A DNA stretch of 64,000 nucleotides from Bacteroidales bacterium (GTDB taxonomy: Bacteria; Bacteroidota; Bacteroidia; Bacteroidales; UBA932), in NCBI GenBank assembly GCA_017962705.1, contig JAGCUV010000141.1, positions 1,894-65,893 of the forward strand, written 5' to 3'. Positions within the stretch are counted from its first letter, which is position 1, and every line of letters begins with the position of its first letter. Of the stretch, positions 25,078 to 34,816 are shown one piece after another. The translations under genes and the position numbers were made by a program. The notes below the pieces were generated by a model, which was given only the letters and a program-made list of their open reading frames with translations, had not been told where the DNA came from and ran no database searches.

Positions 25078-27207
25078 CTAATTCGTTTTCCATAAAGTAA
25101 TCCGTACGCCCGCATAGACTTTGATGCCCATCAGCGGTCCCCACACGCAACTGGCGTCGAAGTCGGGCAGGGAGGTGTCAACGGAGCCATCCGCCCGCCG
25201 GGTGCCCAGAATCACGTGCTTTTGGGTAAAATTCGTCAAATTTTCGCCGCCCAGATAGACATCGCAGCCCTTGAAGCGGCGCGTCACCTGCAGGTACAGC
25301 ATCGGATAGACCGGGGTGCGGCCGCTGGGATAGAGCAGCCTGCCGTCGGCATCCGTCAATTTCGTCATAAAATCGTACACCCGCGCAGACCCGTTGAGGG
25401 AAGCGGTAAAATCGAAAATCCACTTGCGCAGCTGCGTGGCATACTGGAGGTTCAGTACGGCCTTCGTCCGCGAGACCATCGGCTGCTCGCGCAACTGTCC
25501 CCGCCACACGCCGGAGAGCCCCGGCAAAGCATAGGTGCAGCGGGCATTCGTATAACGGGCGGTCAGGCTTACGGTAAAGCGTTCCACCGGTTCGCAGGAA
25601 AAATCCAGCTGATAATTGTCGGTGAAGGAACGACCGTCCGTCAGGCTCCTCAGTTGATAGAGGGAAATGGTGTTGGCAAAACGCTCGTAATCGACCACCA
25701 CCTGTTGGGTGAACTGCGTACGGAAATAATCGAAACTCACACTCGCTTCCCGGCCGGCCAGCGGGAAATGGACGGTCGCATTGCCCCCGAAAGTCCAGGC
25801 ATCCTCCAACGGATGGCCTGAGAAATTCCACTGAAGCGTCTTCGCTGTAGAGAAAACGCCGATATGGTCGGTCAACGGATGGGAATAGCGTAGGCCCCGG
25901 CCGCCGTTGGCCCGGAGCACCAACCCCTCGACGGGTTCATATTTCAGCGTCACACGAGGCGAAAGCTTGAAGCCTTTGCCCGCATACCAGTCGGCATGCA
26001 AACCGGCGATGGCCGTGAATTTCTCTTCAAAATGGAAAGTATATTCCCCGAAGGCGCCGGCCGTCCCCAGACGGCTGTTCCCGAACGGGACGGTGGCAGA
26101 GCGCAGTTGCGAAAAGCCGTCGTAGAAGCCCGTCAATCCCAGGGTGAAATGGTGCATTTCCGCCATCTGGTTCTGATAGAGCAGATTGACGAAAGCGGAG
26201 CTCTGCATCGGCGCGAAGAAGTTGGTGCCGAACCAGGCGTCCATCCGTTGCCAGGTGCCATCCGCCACTACGGCGATATTCTGGCTGTTGTCTTCATTCA
26301 AAGGAATACCCACTTTCAGATACCCGTTGATATAGGTATTGGTGATATCCGTTCCCCACTTGTCCCCGGGGAGCCGTTCGGCACTCTTCTGATAGGCCGG
26401 CTGACCGTTCGCACCGATTTCCCCGCCCCGGCTGCGGTGATGCAGCGCCTTGACGCCGAAACGCACCTGCATCCCGTCGGGTGCGTAATAAAGCCAGCGG
26501 TTTGAGAGGCTGAACATCGACTGCAAAGGATCGTCCATAAAGAAATCCTTGTTGTGGTCCATGCTATAGAAATTGCCGGAAGCGTGGCCCAGAATCACCG
26601 TGCTCCAATAGTCGTTCAGTTGCAGGGACGAAGCCACATTCAGGTCCGCCTTGGTATCGCTCATCACGGACGCATTGACAAACAGCGGCTTTTCATCGGT
26701 TGGTTTGCGATGCTCCATATTAATCAGACCCGTGATGCCCTCCAAGCCATTGATCACCGAAGAGGCGCCTTTGGCAATCTGTATGCTTTCCAGCCACTGG
26801 CCTGGAATATAGGACAGGCCGAAGGGGGCGCCGATGCCCCGCATAATGGGACGGTTTTCATCCAGCATCTGGGTGTAGATGCCACTCAACCCGAGCAAAC
26901 GGATCTGGCGTGCGCCGGTCACGGCGTCACTGTACCCCACCGTCACGCTGGCCGAATTCTCAAAACTTTCCGCCAGGTTGCAGCAGGCCATTTTGCACAG
27001 GCCGGAAGCAGAAATGACTTCGGTCCGCAAGTCCGAGCGTTTGGAGAGGAAATTCCCGCCCGTAGCGCTAACCGTCAAAGCCTCGGACAAAGAGTCCGTA
27101 CGGTCGCGGTACAGCCCGATGGTATCGGATTGTTCGACGGCCGCCAGCGGGAGCGCCGACAGGACCGTCAGCATCAGCAGCAAACCATATGAGCGGACTT
27201 TCAGCAT
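25078..27207 (-). CDS. TonB-dependent receptor, putative copper/heavy-metal uptake
   Basis: Plug motif KMACCNLAESFE, QIRLLGLSG, IQIAKGASSV; C-terminal VWGPLMG...YAGVR. Confidence 0.85.
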   Translation of the reverse strand: MLKVRSYGLLLMLTVLSALPLAAVEQSDTIGLYRDRTDSLSEALTVSATGGNFLSKRSDLRTEVISASGLCKMACCNLAESFENSASVTVGYSDAVTGARQIRLLGLSGIYTQMLDENRPIMRGIGAPFGLSYIPGQWLESIQIAKGASSVINGLEGITGLINMEHRKPTDEKPLFVNASVMSDTKADLNVASSLQLNDYWSTVILGHASGNFYSMDHNKDFFMDDPLQSMFSLSNRWLYYAPDGMQVRFGVKALHHRSRGGEIGANGQPAYQKSAERLPGDKWGTDITNTYINGYLKVGIPLNEDNSQNIAVVADGTWQRMDAWFGTNFFAPMQSSAFVNLLYQNQMAEMHHFTLGLTGFYDGFSQLRSATVPFGNSRLGTAGAFGEYTFHFEEKFTAIAGLHADWYAGKGFKLSPRVTLKYEPVEGLVLRANGGRGLRYSHPLTDHIGVFSTAKTLQWNFSGHPLEDAWTFGGNATVHFPLAGREASVSFDYFRTQFTQQVVVDYERFANTISLYQLRSLTDGRSFTDNYQLDFSCEPVERFTVSLTARYTNARCTYALPGLSGVWRGQLREQPMVSRTKAVLNLQYATQLRKWIFDFTASLNGSARVYDFMTKLTDADGRLLYPSGRTPVYPMLYLQVTRRFKGCDVYLGGENLTNFTQKHVILGTRRADGSVDTSLPDFDASCVWGPLMGIKVYAGVRITLWKTN

Positions 27208-27215
27208 AGTTATAA

Positions 27216-27247
27216 TTTGCAAAGATAACGAAATTTGCCTACTTTTG
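27216..27247. promoter_or_regulatory. Divergent promoters for the TonB-dependent receptor and sppA
   Basis: Minus TATCTTTG (27227-27220); plus TTTG(27216)-N20-TACTTTTG(27240-27247). Confidence 0.65.
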
Positions 27248-27282
27248 TACTCATAATGCGTATAGACTAACCATTATTGAAT

Positions 27283-29076
27283 ATGAAAAAGTTTTTCAGA
27301 ACGTTTTTTGCCGTCTTTCTCAGCAGTATCCTCTGCCTGTTTTTGTGTTTTTTCATCGTGATGGGGCTCATCGGCTCTTTGAGCAGCCCGTCCGAACCCA
27401 CAATGCCTGAAAAGGCCGTCCTGCATATCAATATGCAAGACATTGTGCTGGCCGAGCAGAGTATGGAGGATCCTTTTGCCCTGCTTCAAGGCAAGGAAGA
27501 TGCCGCCAAGCTTGGTGTCTGGGACGCGGTCCAGGCGATCAACGCCGCCGCCACCGACCCGCAGGTGTCCTTCATTTACCTCAAGCCGGACTTCACAGCA
27601 GCGGGCGCGGCCCACGTCGAAGAGTTGCGCGCGGCGCTGGAGCATTTCAAAAAGTCCTGCGACAAGCCCATCATCGCCTGGATGGAAACGCCGGGCAATG
27701 CGGGTTATTACCTGGGTAGCGTCGCCGATGAGATTTATATGACTTCCGCCAAGGGTGCCGGCTGCCAGATTACGGGCCTTGCCACCCAGCTGTTGTTCTT
27801 CAAGGACTTGCTCGACAAATTGGGCATCAACGTGCAGCTCATCCGTCACGGAAAATACAAATCGGCCGGCGAGCCTTTCATCCGCAACGACATCAGCCCG
27901 GCCAACCGCCAGCAACTGGAAGCGGCTCTCGGAAGCATCTGGAAGGCATGGTGCAAACAAATCTGCGCCAGCCGTTCCATTTCCGTAGACAAATTCAACA
28001 GCCTGATTGACAACCTCAGCCTCAACTTTGCGGAAGATATGTTGCGCGAGGGCCTGGTTGATTCGCTCTTGAGCAAAGAGGAGATGGACGCAAAACTCTG
28101 TGCGCTCTATGGATGCGAGTGTCGCGAAGACATCGAGGCCATCTCTCTCGCGGGCTATGTCAAACTCAAAGTGAAGCCTAATTACAAGGCCAAGGAAAAG
28201 ATTGCCGTCATCTACGCCGACGGGGACATTGTGGAAACGGCCTCCAGGCGCTCCACCGACCCTGAAATTGTGGGTACGGATTTTGCCAAACTGGTCAGTG
28301 CCGTTCGCAAAGACAAGGATGTCAAGGCGGTGGTACTGCGTGTCAACTCTCCCGGCGGCGCCGTGTTGGCCGCGGACAAAGTGCGCGCCGAGGTGGAACT
28401 GCTCTGCCAAGAGAAGCCGGTAGTCGCCTCCTTCGGCAACTACGCCGCTTCGGGCGGATATTGGATTTCCGCCGGTTGCAAGAAAATTTATACCAACAAT
28501 TCCACCCTTACCGGCTCCATCGGCGTATTCAGTATGATTCCCGACCTGAGCAAGACCACCAAAAATCTCGCTCATCTGGGCGTGGCGACCATCTGCACCA
28601 ACAAGCACGGCGATATGTACAGTATGATGCGCCCTTTGGACAGCAGCGAACTGGCTTATATGCAGGCTTCCGTCGAAGACATCTACGAAGGATTCACGGG
28701 CCTCGTAGCCAAGGGCCGCGGCCTGGAGCAGAAATATGTGGACAGCATTGCGCAAGGCCGCGTCTGGTCGGGTGCAGAATCGATGGGTATCCGGCTCACC
28801 GATGAGAACGGCACACTGGAAGACGCACTGCAATACGCCGCCTCCATCGCCGAGGGCGACAACGGCAGCGACTTGAGCCTGTGGCAGGTCGTCTCATATC
28901 CCGAACCGGTAGATGTGCTCACCATGCTCGCCACCACGCTGCAAAGCGTTCCCGCCGAAGAGGAAATTCTCTCCGGAACGCCGTTCCAGGGCGCCTTCCG
29001 CCAGCTGCGTTCGCTCAAAGCAAGCGACTACGGCAAGGCCTACGCCCGCCTCCCCTTCGAAATCGTCATCCGATAA
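27283..29076 (+). CDS. sppA: Signal peptide peptidase SppA (67K type)
   Basis: HGKYKSAGEP, VLRVNSPGG, YAASGGYWIS, TGSIGVF, AQGRVWSG. Confidence 0.95.
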   Translation: MKKFFRTFFAVFLSSILCLFLCFFIVMGLIGSLSSPSEPTMPEKAVLHINMQDIVLAEQSMEDPFALLQGKEDAAKLGVWDAVQAINAAATDPQVSFIYLKPDFTAAGAAHVEELRAALEHFKKSCDKPIIAWMETPGNAGYYLGSVADEIYMTSAKGAGCQITGLATQLLFFKDLLDKLGINVQLIRHGKYKSAGEPFIRNDISPANRQQLEAALGSIWKAWCKQICASRSISVDKFNSLIDNLSLNFAEDMLREGLVDSLLSKEEMDAKLCALYGCECREDIEAISLAGYVKLKVKPNYKAKEKIAVIYADGDIVETASRRSTDPEIVGTDFAKLVSAVRKDKDVKAVVLRVNSPGGAVLAADKVRAEVELLCQEKPVVASFGNYAASGGYWISAGCKKIYTNNSTLTGSIGVFSMIPDLSKTTKNLAHLGVATICTNKHGDMYSMMRPLDSSELAYMQASVEDIYEGFTGLVAKGRGLEQKYVDSIAQGRVWSGAESMGIRLTDENGTLEDALQYAASIAEGDNGSDLSLWQVVSYPEPVDVLTMLATTLQSVPAEEEILSGTPFQGAFRQLRSLKASDYGKAYARLPFEIVIR

Positions 29077-29082
29077 TTCGTA

Positions 29083-30174
29083 ATGAAAGAAAAGAAAACA
29101 CTCTACCCCCTGGTTTTTGCCCCCGAAATCCGGGAAAAAATATGGGGGTCGGAAACTTGCCTGATGGGCGATACGGGCCTGCAGGACAGCACGGCCACGG
29201 AGGGCTGGCTGGCCGGGAACACCCTCTCCGAACTGATGGACACCTACACCGAGCGCATCGCCGGCGACAAGGTAATGAGCTGGTACGGCCGGCAATTCCC
29301 GCTGATGGCCAAAGTGTTGGATATCCGCGGACGCATTTCCCTGCAAGTGCATCCCGATGACGAAATCGCCGCCCAACGCTACGACGCGCTGGGGCGAAAA
29401 GTTTTCTGGTACATTCTGGAAGCCGGAAAGGACGCGCAGGTCTGGATGGGCTTCCGCAAAGACACGGACGCCGGAGAGCTCTATACGGCTTGTGCCGACG
29501 GCAGCGTCAAGAAACTCCTCAACGCCCTCACGCCCCGTCCCGGAGATGCCTGGCTGATTGCCCCGGGCATCGTCCACGCCGCCCAGGATGTCAAGATTCT
29601 GGAAATCAGTGAAGCCTCCGAAATGAATTTCCGCCTCTACGACTGGGGACGGAAGAGCGAAGATCGCATGCTGATGCTCGAAGACGCACTGGACTTCATC
29701 GAGTACCGCCAGTTGTCCGACGAAGCGCTCCAGCCGCTGCGGGGCATCCAAGCCCCCGCGCAAGCCGGCAGCGAGAATTCTCCCGCCGAACAAGCGTCCG
29801 GAACCCACTGGGTGGACGAAGAAGAAATGATCATCCACCGTCTGCCGCTCAGCGATACCCTGCACATCTACACCGAGCGCTTCGAAAGTTTCATCCTCTA
29901 TACTTGTGTCAGCGGAGAAGTCTCCATCCAAACCAACACAGCCACAGACGCTGCCAGCACAGCATCCGCCAAGGGCGGCTTGCCCGCGCCCGTCATCCTG
30001 ACCGCCGGCGCCTGCGCACTGATTCCGGCCGACCACCCCGACTTCTTCCTGGTTCCCCGCCGGAAAGACACGGTGCTGCTCGAGGCCTACATCGCCCGTA
30101 ACGACACCGACGCCTACATCAATCCCGACGTTCCCGCGGAATTGGAAGAAGAAACTGACACCAATTTGAGTTAG
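29083..30174 (+). CDS. manA: Mannose-6-phosphate isomerase, class I (cupin)
   Basis: EKIWG, FPLMAKVLD, SLQVHPDD, WYIL, PGIVHA, EISEAS..FRLYDWGR. Confidence 0.82.
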   Translation: MKEKKTLYPLVFAPEIREKIWGSETCLMGDTGLQDSTATEGWLAGNTLSELMDTYTERIAGDKVMSWYGRQFPLMAKVLDIRGRISLQVHPDDEIAAQRYDALGRKVFWYILEAGKDAQVWMGFRKDTDAGELYTACADGSVKKLLNALTPRPGDAWLIAPGIVHAAQDVKILEISEASEMNFRLYDWGRKSEDRMLMLEDALDFIEYRQLSDEALQPLRGIQAPAQAGSENSPAEQASGTHWVDEEEMIIHRLPLSDTLHIYTERFESFILYTCVSGEVSIQTNTATDAASTASAKGGLPAPVILTAGACALIPADHPDFFLVPRRKDTVLLEAYIARNDTDAYINPDVPAELEEETDTNLS

Positions 30175-30193
30175 CTGACGCTGAATTCCGCGT

Positions 30194-31960
30194 CTACGCC
30201 TTTATATTTACAGAAAGTTGCAATTCGTCCAATTGCGTCTGGTCTATCTGGCTCGGCGAGTCAATCATCACGTCGCGTCCCTGGTTGTTCTTCGGGAAAG
30301 CGATGTAATCGCGGATGGTCTCCTGACCGCCGAAGAGGGCGCAAACCCGGTCAAAACCGAAGGCCAGACCACCGTGCGGGGGTGCACCGAACTTGAAGGC
30401 GTTGATGATGAAGCCGAATTTGTATTCCGCATCTTCCTTGCTGATGCCCAGCACTTCGAACATACGTTCCTGCATCGCTGCCTCATGGATACGGATGGAA
30501 CCGCCGCCGAGTTCGGTGCCGTTGAGCACAAAGTCATAGGCATTGGCGCACACACGCTCCAAATCTTCTTTCTTGTCGGAATAGAACCACTGCTCGTGCT
30601 CGGGTTTGGGCGCGGTGAACGGGTGGTGCATCGCATAGAAACGGTTGTCCTCCTCGCTCCATTCGAGCAGCGGGAAGTCCACAATCCACAAGGGAGCGAA
30701 CACCTTCGGATCGCGCAGGCCCAGGCGGTTGCCCATTTCGATACGCAGCACGCCGAGTTGACCCTGGGTTTTGCGTTTGGAACCGCAGAGCAGCAGCAAC
30801 AAATCGCCCTTGGAGGCTTCCACACGGTCGGCCACAGCCTGCAATTGTTCGGGTGTATAGAATTTGTCGACGGAAGACTTGATGCTTCCATCTTCGTTCA
30901 ACTTGATATAGACCAGCCCCTTGGCGCCCACCTGCGGACGCTTGACCCATTCGGTCAACTGGTCGAGTTCCTTGCGGGTATAAGCAGCGGCGCCGGGCAC
31001 GCTGATGGCGCCGATATATTCCGCCGCGTCAAACACACCGAACCCTTTGTCCTTGACCAGGTCGCTGACCTCGTGGATGGTCATTCCGAAACGGATATCG
31101 GGCTTGTCGCTGCCATATTGGTCCATCGCATCGTACCAACTCATACGAGGCAACGGATTGGGAATATCCACGCCGAGGGCGTTCTTGAACATCTGGCGCA
31201 TCATTCCCTCGAAGGTATTCAGCACATCCTCCTGCTCCACGAAAGACATTTCGCAGTCGATCTGGGTGAATTCCGGCTGACGGTCGGCCCGCAGATCCTC
31301 GTCGCGGAAGCAGCGGACAATCTGGAAATAACGGTCGTAGCCGGCGACCATCAGCAGCTGCTTGAAGGTCTGCGGCGACTGCGGCAGGGCGTAGAACTGA
31401 CCGGGGTTCATCCGGGAGGGCACTACAAAGTCGCGGGCTCCTTCGGGGGTGGACTTGATCAGATAGGGCGTCTCGATTTCCATAAATCCCTCGCCGTCGA
31501 GATAGCTGCGGATTTCCTGGGCCAGGCGATGGCGCAGGGCCAGGGCCCGCTGCAAAGGCTTGCGGCGCAGGTCGAGGTAGCGGTAACGCGCCCGCAAATC
31601 CTCTCCGCCGTCGGTGTTCTCCTCGATGGTGAAAGGCGGGGTCTGGGCTTTGTTCAAGACCTTGATGGCGCTGACGGCGATTTCGATGTCACCGGTCGGC
31701 ATCTTGGGATTCTTGCTCTCGCGCTCAACGACTTTTCCCGTCACCTGCAGGACGAATTCCCGTCCCAGGCTCTCGGCCGTCTGCTGCAACTCTTCCGGCG
31801 CCGAAGCGTCCACTACTAGTTGCGTAATCCCATAACGGTCGCGCAAATCGACGAAGGTCATTCCGCCCAACTTTCTTGATTTCTGCACCCAGCCGGCCAG
31901 CGTCACTTCGCCGCCCACATTTTCCAATCGCAGTTCCCCGCAAGTATGTGTCCTGTACAT
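30194..31960 (-). CDS. aspS: Aspartate--tRNA ligase
   Basis: [51 protein letters not shown]. Confidence 0.98.
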   Translation of the reverse strand: MYRTHTCGELRLENVGGEVTLAGWVQKSRKLGGMTFVDLRDRYGITQLVVDASAPEELQQTAESLGREFVLQVTGKVVERESKNPKMPTGDIEIAVSAIKVLNKAQTPPFTIEENTDGGEDLRARYRYLDLRRKPLQRALALRHRLAQEIRSYLDGEGFMEIETPYLIKSTPEGARDFVVPSRMNPGQFYALPQSPQTFKQLLMVAGYDRYFQIVRCFRDEDLRADRQPEFTQIDCEMSFVEQEDVLNTFEGMMRQMFKNALGVDIPNPLPRMSWYDAMDQYGSDKPDIRFGMTIHEVSDLVKDKGFGVFDAAEYIGAISVPGAAAYTRKELDQLTEWVKRPQVGAKGLVYIKLNEDGSIKSSVDKFYTPEQLQAVADRVEASKGDLLLLLCGSKRKTQGQLGVLRIEMGNRLGLRDPKVFAPLWIVDFPLLEWSEEDNRFYAMHHPFTAPKPEHEQWFYSDKKEDLERVCANAYDFVLNGTELGGGSIRIHEAAMQERMFEVLGISKEDAEYKFGFIINAFKFGAPPHGGLAFGFDRVCALFGGQETIRDYIAFPKNNQGRDVMIDSPSQIDQTQLDELQLSVNIKA

Positions 31961-32038
31961 ATTCGTTCTATTAAAAATCCTGCGAATTTAGTAAAAAAAA
32001 TCTTTGTAGGACCAATTTTTACTACCTTTGCGCTTGTT

Positions 32039-32869
32039 ATGGAAGTTCGGGCGAAAAAATCTTTGGGACAACATTTCCTGACGGACCAGCGCATCGCGCA
32101 GGGTATTGTGGCTGCGCTGTCGTTCGAGGCAGAGGAGAAGGCCCAAAGCAATGTTACGGACGGGCGCAACGGACGGGCCCAAGTGCTGGAGGTCGGTCCG
32201 GGCATGGGCGTGCTGACGCAATACCTCCTCCAACGCGAGGACATTGACCTGCGGGCCGTGGAAATCGACCGCGAAAGCGTGGATTATCTCTATGTCCACT
32301 ACCCCGCCATCGCCGGCAAACTGCTCCAAGGCGATTTTCTCCGTCTGCCCCTCGACCGGATGTTCCCCAGCCAGACCGACGGCAGCGCCCCCGACAGCCC
32401 CATCCACATCATCGGGAACTTCCCCTACAACATCTCCTCGCAGATTTTCTTCAAGGTAATCGACAATCGCAGCCGCGTCCCGCAAGTGGTTTGCATGATT
32501 CAAAAGGAAGTGGCGGAACGCATCGCCGAGAAGCCTGGCACCAAGACCTACGGCATCCTGTCCGTCCTGCTGCAAGCCTGGTACGACATTGAATACCTGT
32601 TCACCGTCGGCGAGGGCGCCTTCAATCCCCCGCCCAAGGTCAAATCCGCCGTCATCCGCCTCACCCGCAACGGCCGCCAGAGCCTGGACTGCGACGAAGC
32701 CCTTTTCAAAAAGGTGGTCAAGACCGCCTTCGGTCAGCGCAGGAAAACCCTCCGCAATTCCCTCAAGACGCTTCTGCCCGAAGGCTTCGACACCTCTGAT
32801 CCGATTTTCGACCTCCGTCCCGAACGCCTGAGCGTCGAAGACTTCGTCCGCCTCACCCGGATGCTGTAA
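32039..32869 (+). CDS. rsmA: 16S rRNA m6,2A1518/1519 dimethyltransferase (KsgA)
   Basis: AKKSLGQHFL, LEVGPGMG, GNFPYNIS, MIQKEVAER, FNPPPKVKS; -7 box TACCTTTG at 32023-32030. Confidence 0.97.
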   Translation: MEVRAKKSLGQHFLTDQRIAQGIVAALSFEAEEKAQSNVTDGRNGRAQVLEVGPGMGVLTQYLLQREDIDLRAVEIDRESVDYLYVHYPAIAGKLLQGDFLRLPLDRMFPSQTDGSAPDSPIHIIGNFPYNISSQIFFKVIDNRSRVPQVVCMIQKEVAERIAEKPGTKTYGILSVLLQAWYDIEYLFTVGEGAFNPPPKVKSAVIRLTRNGRQSLDCDEALFKKVVKTAFGQRRKTLRNSLKTLLPEGFDTSDPIFDLRPERLSVEDFVRLTRML

Positions 32870-32878
32870 GACCTGCCA

Positions 32879-32899
32879 CACCCTCCGGTGCGGAGGGTG
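32879..32899. terminator. GC hairpin between convergent rsmA and the pilus operon
   Basis: CACCCTCCG-gtg-CGGAGGGTG; no U-tract. Confidence 0.5.
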
Positions 32900-32908
32900 A
32901 CAGCCCAA

Positions 32909-34816
32909 TTATCTTCCCAAATGAAATTCGATGCCGAGGCCGGCGGCGACGGGAATGGCTTCGGGGACGACGGAAGCGCGGCCTTCGAGGAAGAGGGACA
33001 TCCAGGGAATGACGCGGGCCTTGATCTGGGCACCGGCGGAAACACCGCAATAACTGAAAAGGTCTTCGTGTTTGCTGCGGAAGCCCATTTCAGGGCCGGC
33101 AAACAGCGAAAAACTGACCACCTTGCGCTCGGGGGCGATTTTCGCCAGCGACAAGAAATCGTACATCGCTTCAAGACGGGCGCAATAACTGCGGAAAGCG
33201 ACGACAGAGCCCTCGTACGGGAAGCCGCTGAAGGAAATACCCAACTGAGTCCGCCAGGAAAAACCGCCCAACAAGGGCCGTGAGACGCCCAAGGCCCACG
33301 ACGAGCCCAAAGCTCTTCTGAGATCCCGCTGAACCAAATGAGAAGGAATGATCTGCGCGCCCCCGAAAACCGAAATGTTCCAAGGACGGTCCACACGCGG
33401 AGAATGCTCCCGGGCCTCGGCGTAAAAGCCCTCGTAAGTCCGACCGGAGCTGCCCCTTCTTCCTGCCACAGTCGGCAGCCGATATTCGATACCGACATAC
33501 AATGAAGTAACCAAATCGGAATAATTCGAGAAATCCACCTGCAACATATTGGAACGCGTCGTATAAGGTACGGCGCTCACGCGGGGCTCCACAAAAAAGG
33601 CGAAATCACGCCACGGTTCCCAACGGAACTGCAGCCCGCCCGACAAACCCAGATACGGAAACATCTCCAGATTGGCGACATCCGACTTGTGCAACAAGCC
33701 CAACTCGGGGCCCGCCAACACAAAGAAGCGGAACCGCCGTCCATCGGATGACGGCGCCCGGAACATCGCCGGGATGTCAAACATCGCATCCAGGCGCAGA
33801 TACAGAGAGGCTGCACTGCGCAAATCACGGGAATACACATCCTGCCTGTTCTCAAACCACCAATCCGTCGTCTGTCCCAACTGGAAACGCCAATCAAACC
33901 AATCATTATAACTGCGTCCAAAGCCCAACGCCAAGGTGTACCCCATCAACCGGAGGACTTCCTTCGCCGACCGGATATTGGGCGCCACCTGCAAAGCGGG
34001 ACCGGCCGCCAGGCTGACCCGCAAATCTTTCCCGGGGTCGCTCTGCTTGTTCCAATAACTGCGGTCCATCTGGACGTGTACACCTACACTACCCCGGAAA
34101 GCCGGAATAAATGTTTTCCACACATTCTGACGCGGCAAGCGGCGAGGGTCTGCGTGCAACTCGAACAATGGCTCCAACACGACATCCACCCCCGGGAAAC
34201 TATGCACCACCCAATCCAGGCCCATATGCATCGAGAATGCGGCATTTTCATATTTCCGATGCTCTCCATCTACAAAAGAAAGACCGACGCCTACCTGCGG
34301 GACAAACGAGAAAAGACGACGCGGATCATACCCCGAAGCAAAGGCACTCAAATCAAACAAGTAGGTCGCCCTTGCCTCAATCGCATGGATGCGCGAGGCG
34401 TCAAAATTGTCATATGACCAACCCGCACTCATCCCCAGTCGCATACCATGATAGCGATGCAGTCCGTTCGCGTCCGAGAACCATTTCCCATAGCCAATCT
34501 GCCCACACGCGCCGGGACCGTACTGGCTGACAAACTGCTTCAGATAACTGCCGTAAGCGTAAACATACGCATCATTGAGCAACCAGCCCAGCCCGCTCGG
34601 TGCCTTTTCGTCCGCAGGACGCCACCGCTTCTGCATCGCATATTTGGATATATCAATACTGGAAGGGCGCTTCTTCCAGGCCGGGACACTGTCCGCTGCG
34701 GACAGCGAATCCGCGCGGGACAGGCTGTCCAGCGGCTCCGCAAAGACCTGGTTCGCGAGAGAGCCCAGCGGCAGGAGTCCCGCGAGCAAACACAATATGA
34801 TCCGAATGCGTCTCAT
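32909..34816 (-). CDS. Outer-membrane protein with three tandem 8-stranded beta-barrel-like repeats
   Basis: Signal peptide; three units, each with (F/Y)D..., G(P/V).(L/M)G, (V/L)E(P/G) and terminal G(I/V).(Y/F/V). strands. Confidence 0.65.
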   Translation of the reverse strand: MRRIRIILCLLAGLLPLGSLANQVFAEPLDSLSRADSLSAADSVPAWKKRPSSIDISKYAMQKRWRPADEKAPSGLGWLLNDAYVYAYGSYLKQFVSQYGPGACGQIGYGKWFSDANGLHRYHGMRLGMSAGWSYDNFDASRIHAIEARATYLFDLSAFASGYDPRRLFSFVPQVGVGLSFVDGEHRKYENAAFSMHMGLDWVVHSFPGVDVVLEPLFELHADPRRLPRQNVWKTFIPAFRGSVGVHVQMDRSYWNKQSDPGKDLRVSLAAGPALQVAPNIRSAKEVLRLMGYTLALGFGRSYNDWFDWRFQLGQTTDWWFENRQDVYSRDLRSAASLYLRLDAMFDIPAMFRAPSSDGRRFRFFVLAGPELGLLHKSDVANLEMFPYLGLSGGLQFRWEPWRDFAFFVEPRVSAVPYTTRSNMLQVDFSNYSDLVTSLYVGIEYRLPTVAGRRGSSGRTYEGFYAEAREHSPRVDRPWNISVFGGAQIIPSHLVQRDLRRALGSSWALGVSRPLLGGFSWRTQLGISFSGFPYEGSVVAFRSYCARLEAMYDFLSLAKIAPERKVVSFSLFAGPEMGFRSKHEDLFSYCGVSAGAQIKARVIPWMSLFLEGRASVVPEAIPVAAGLGIEFHLGR

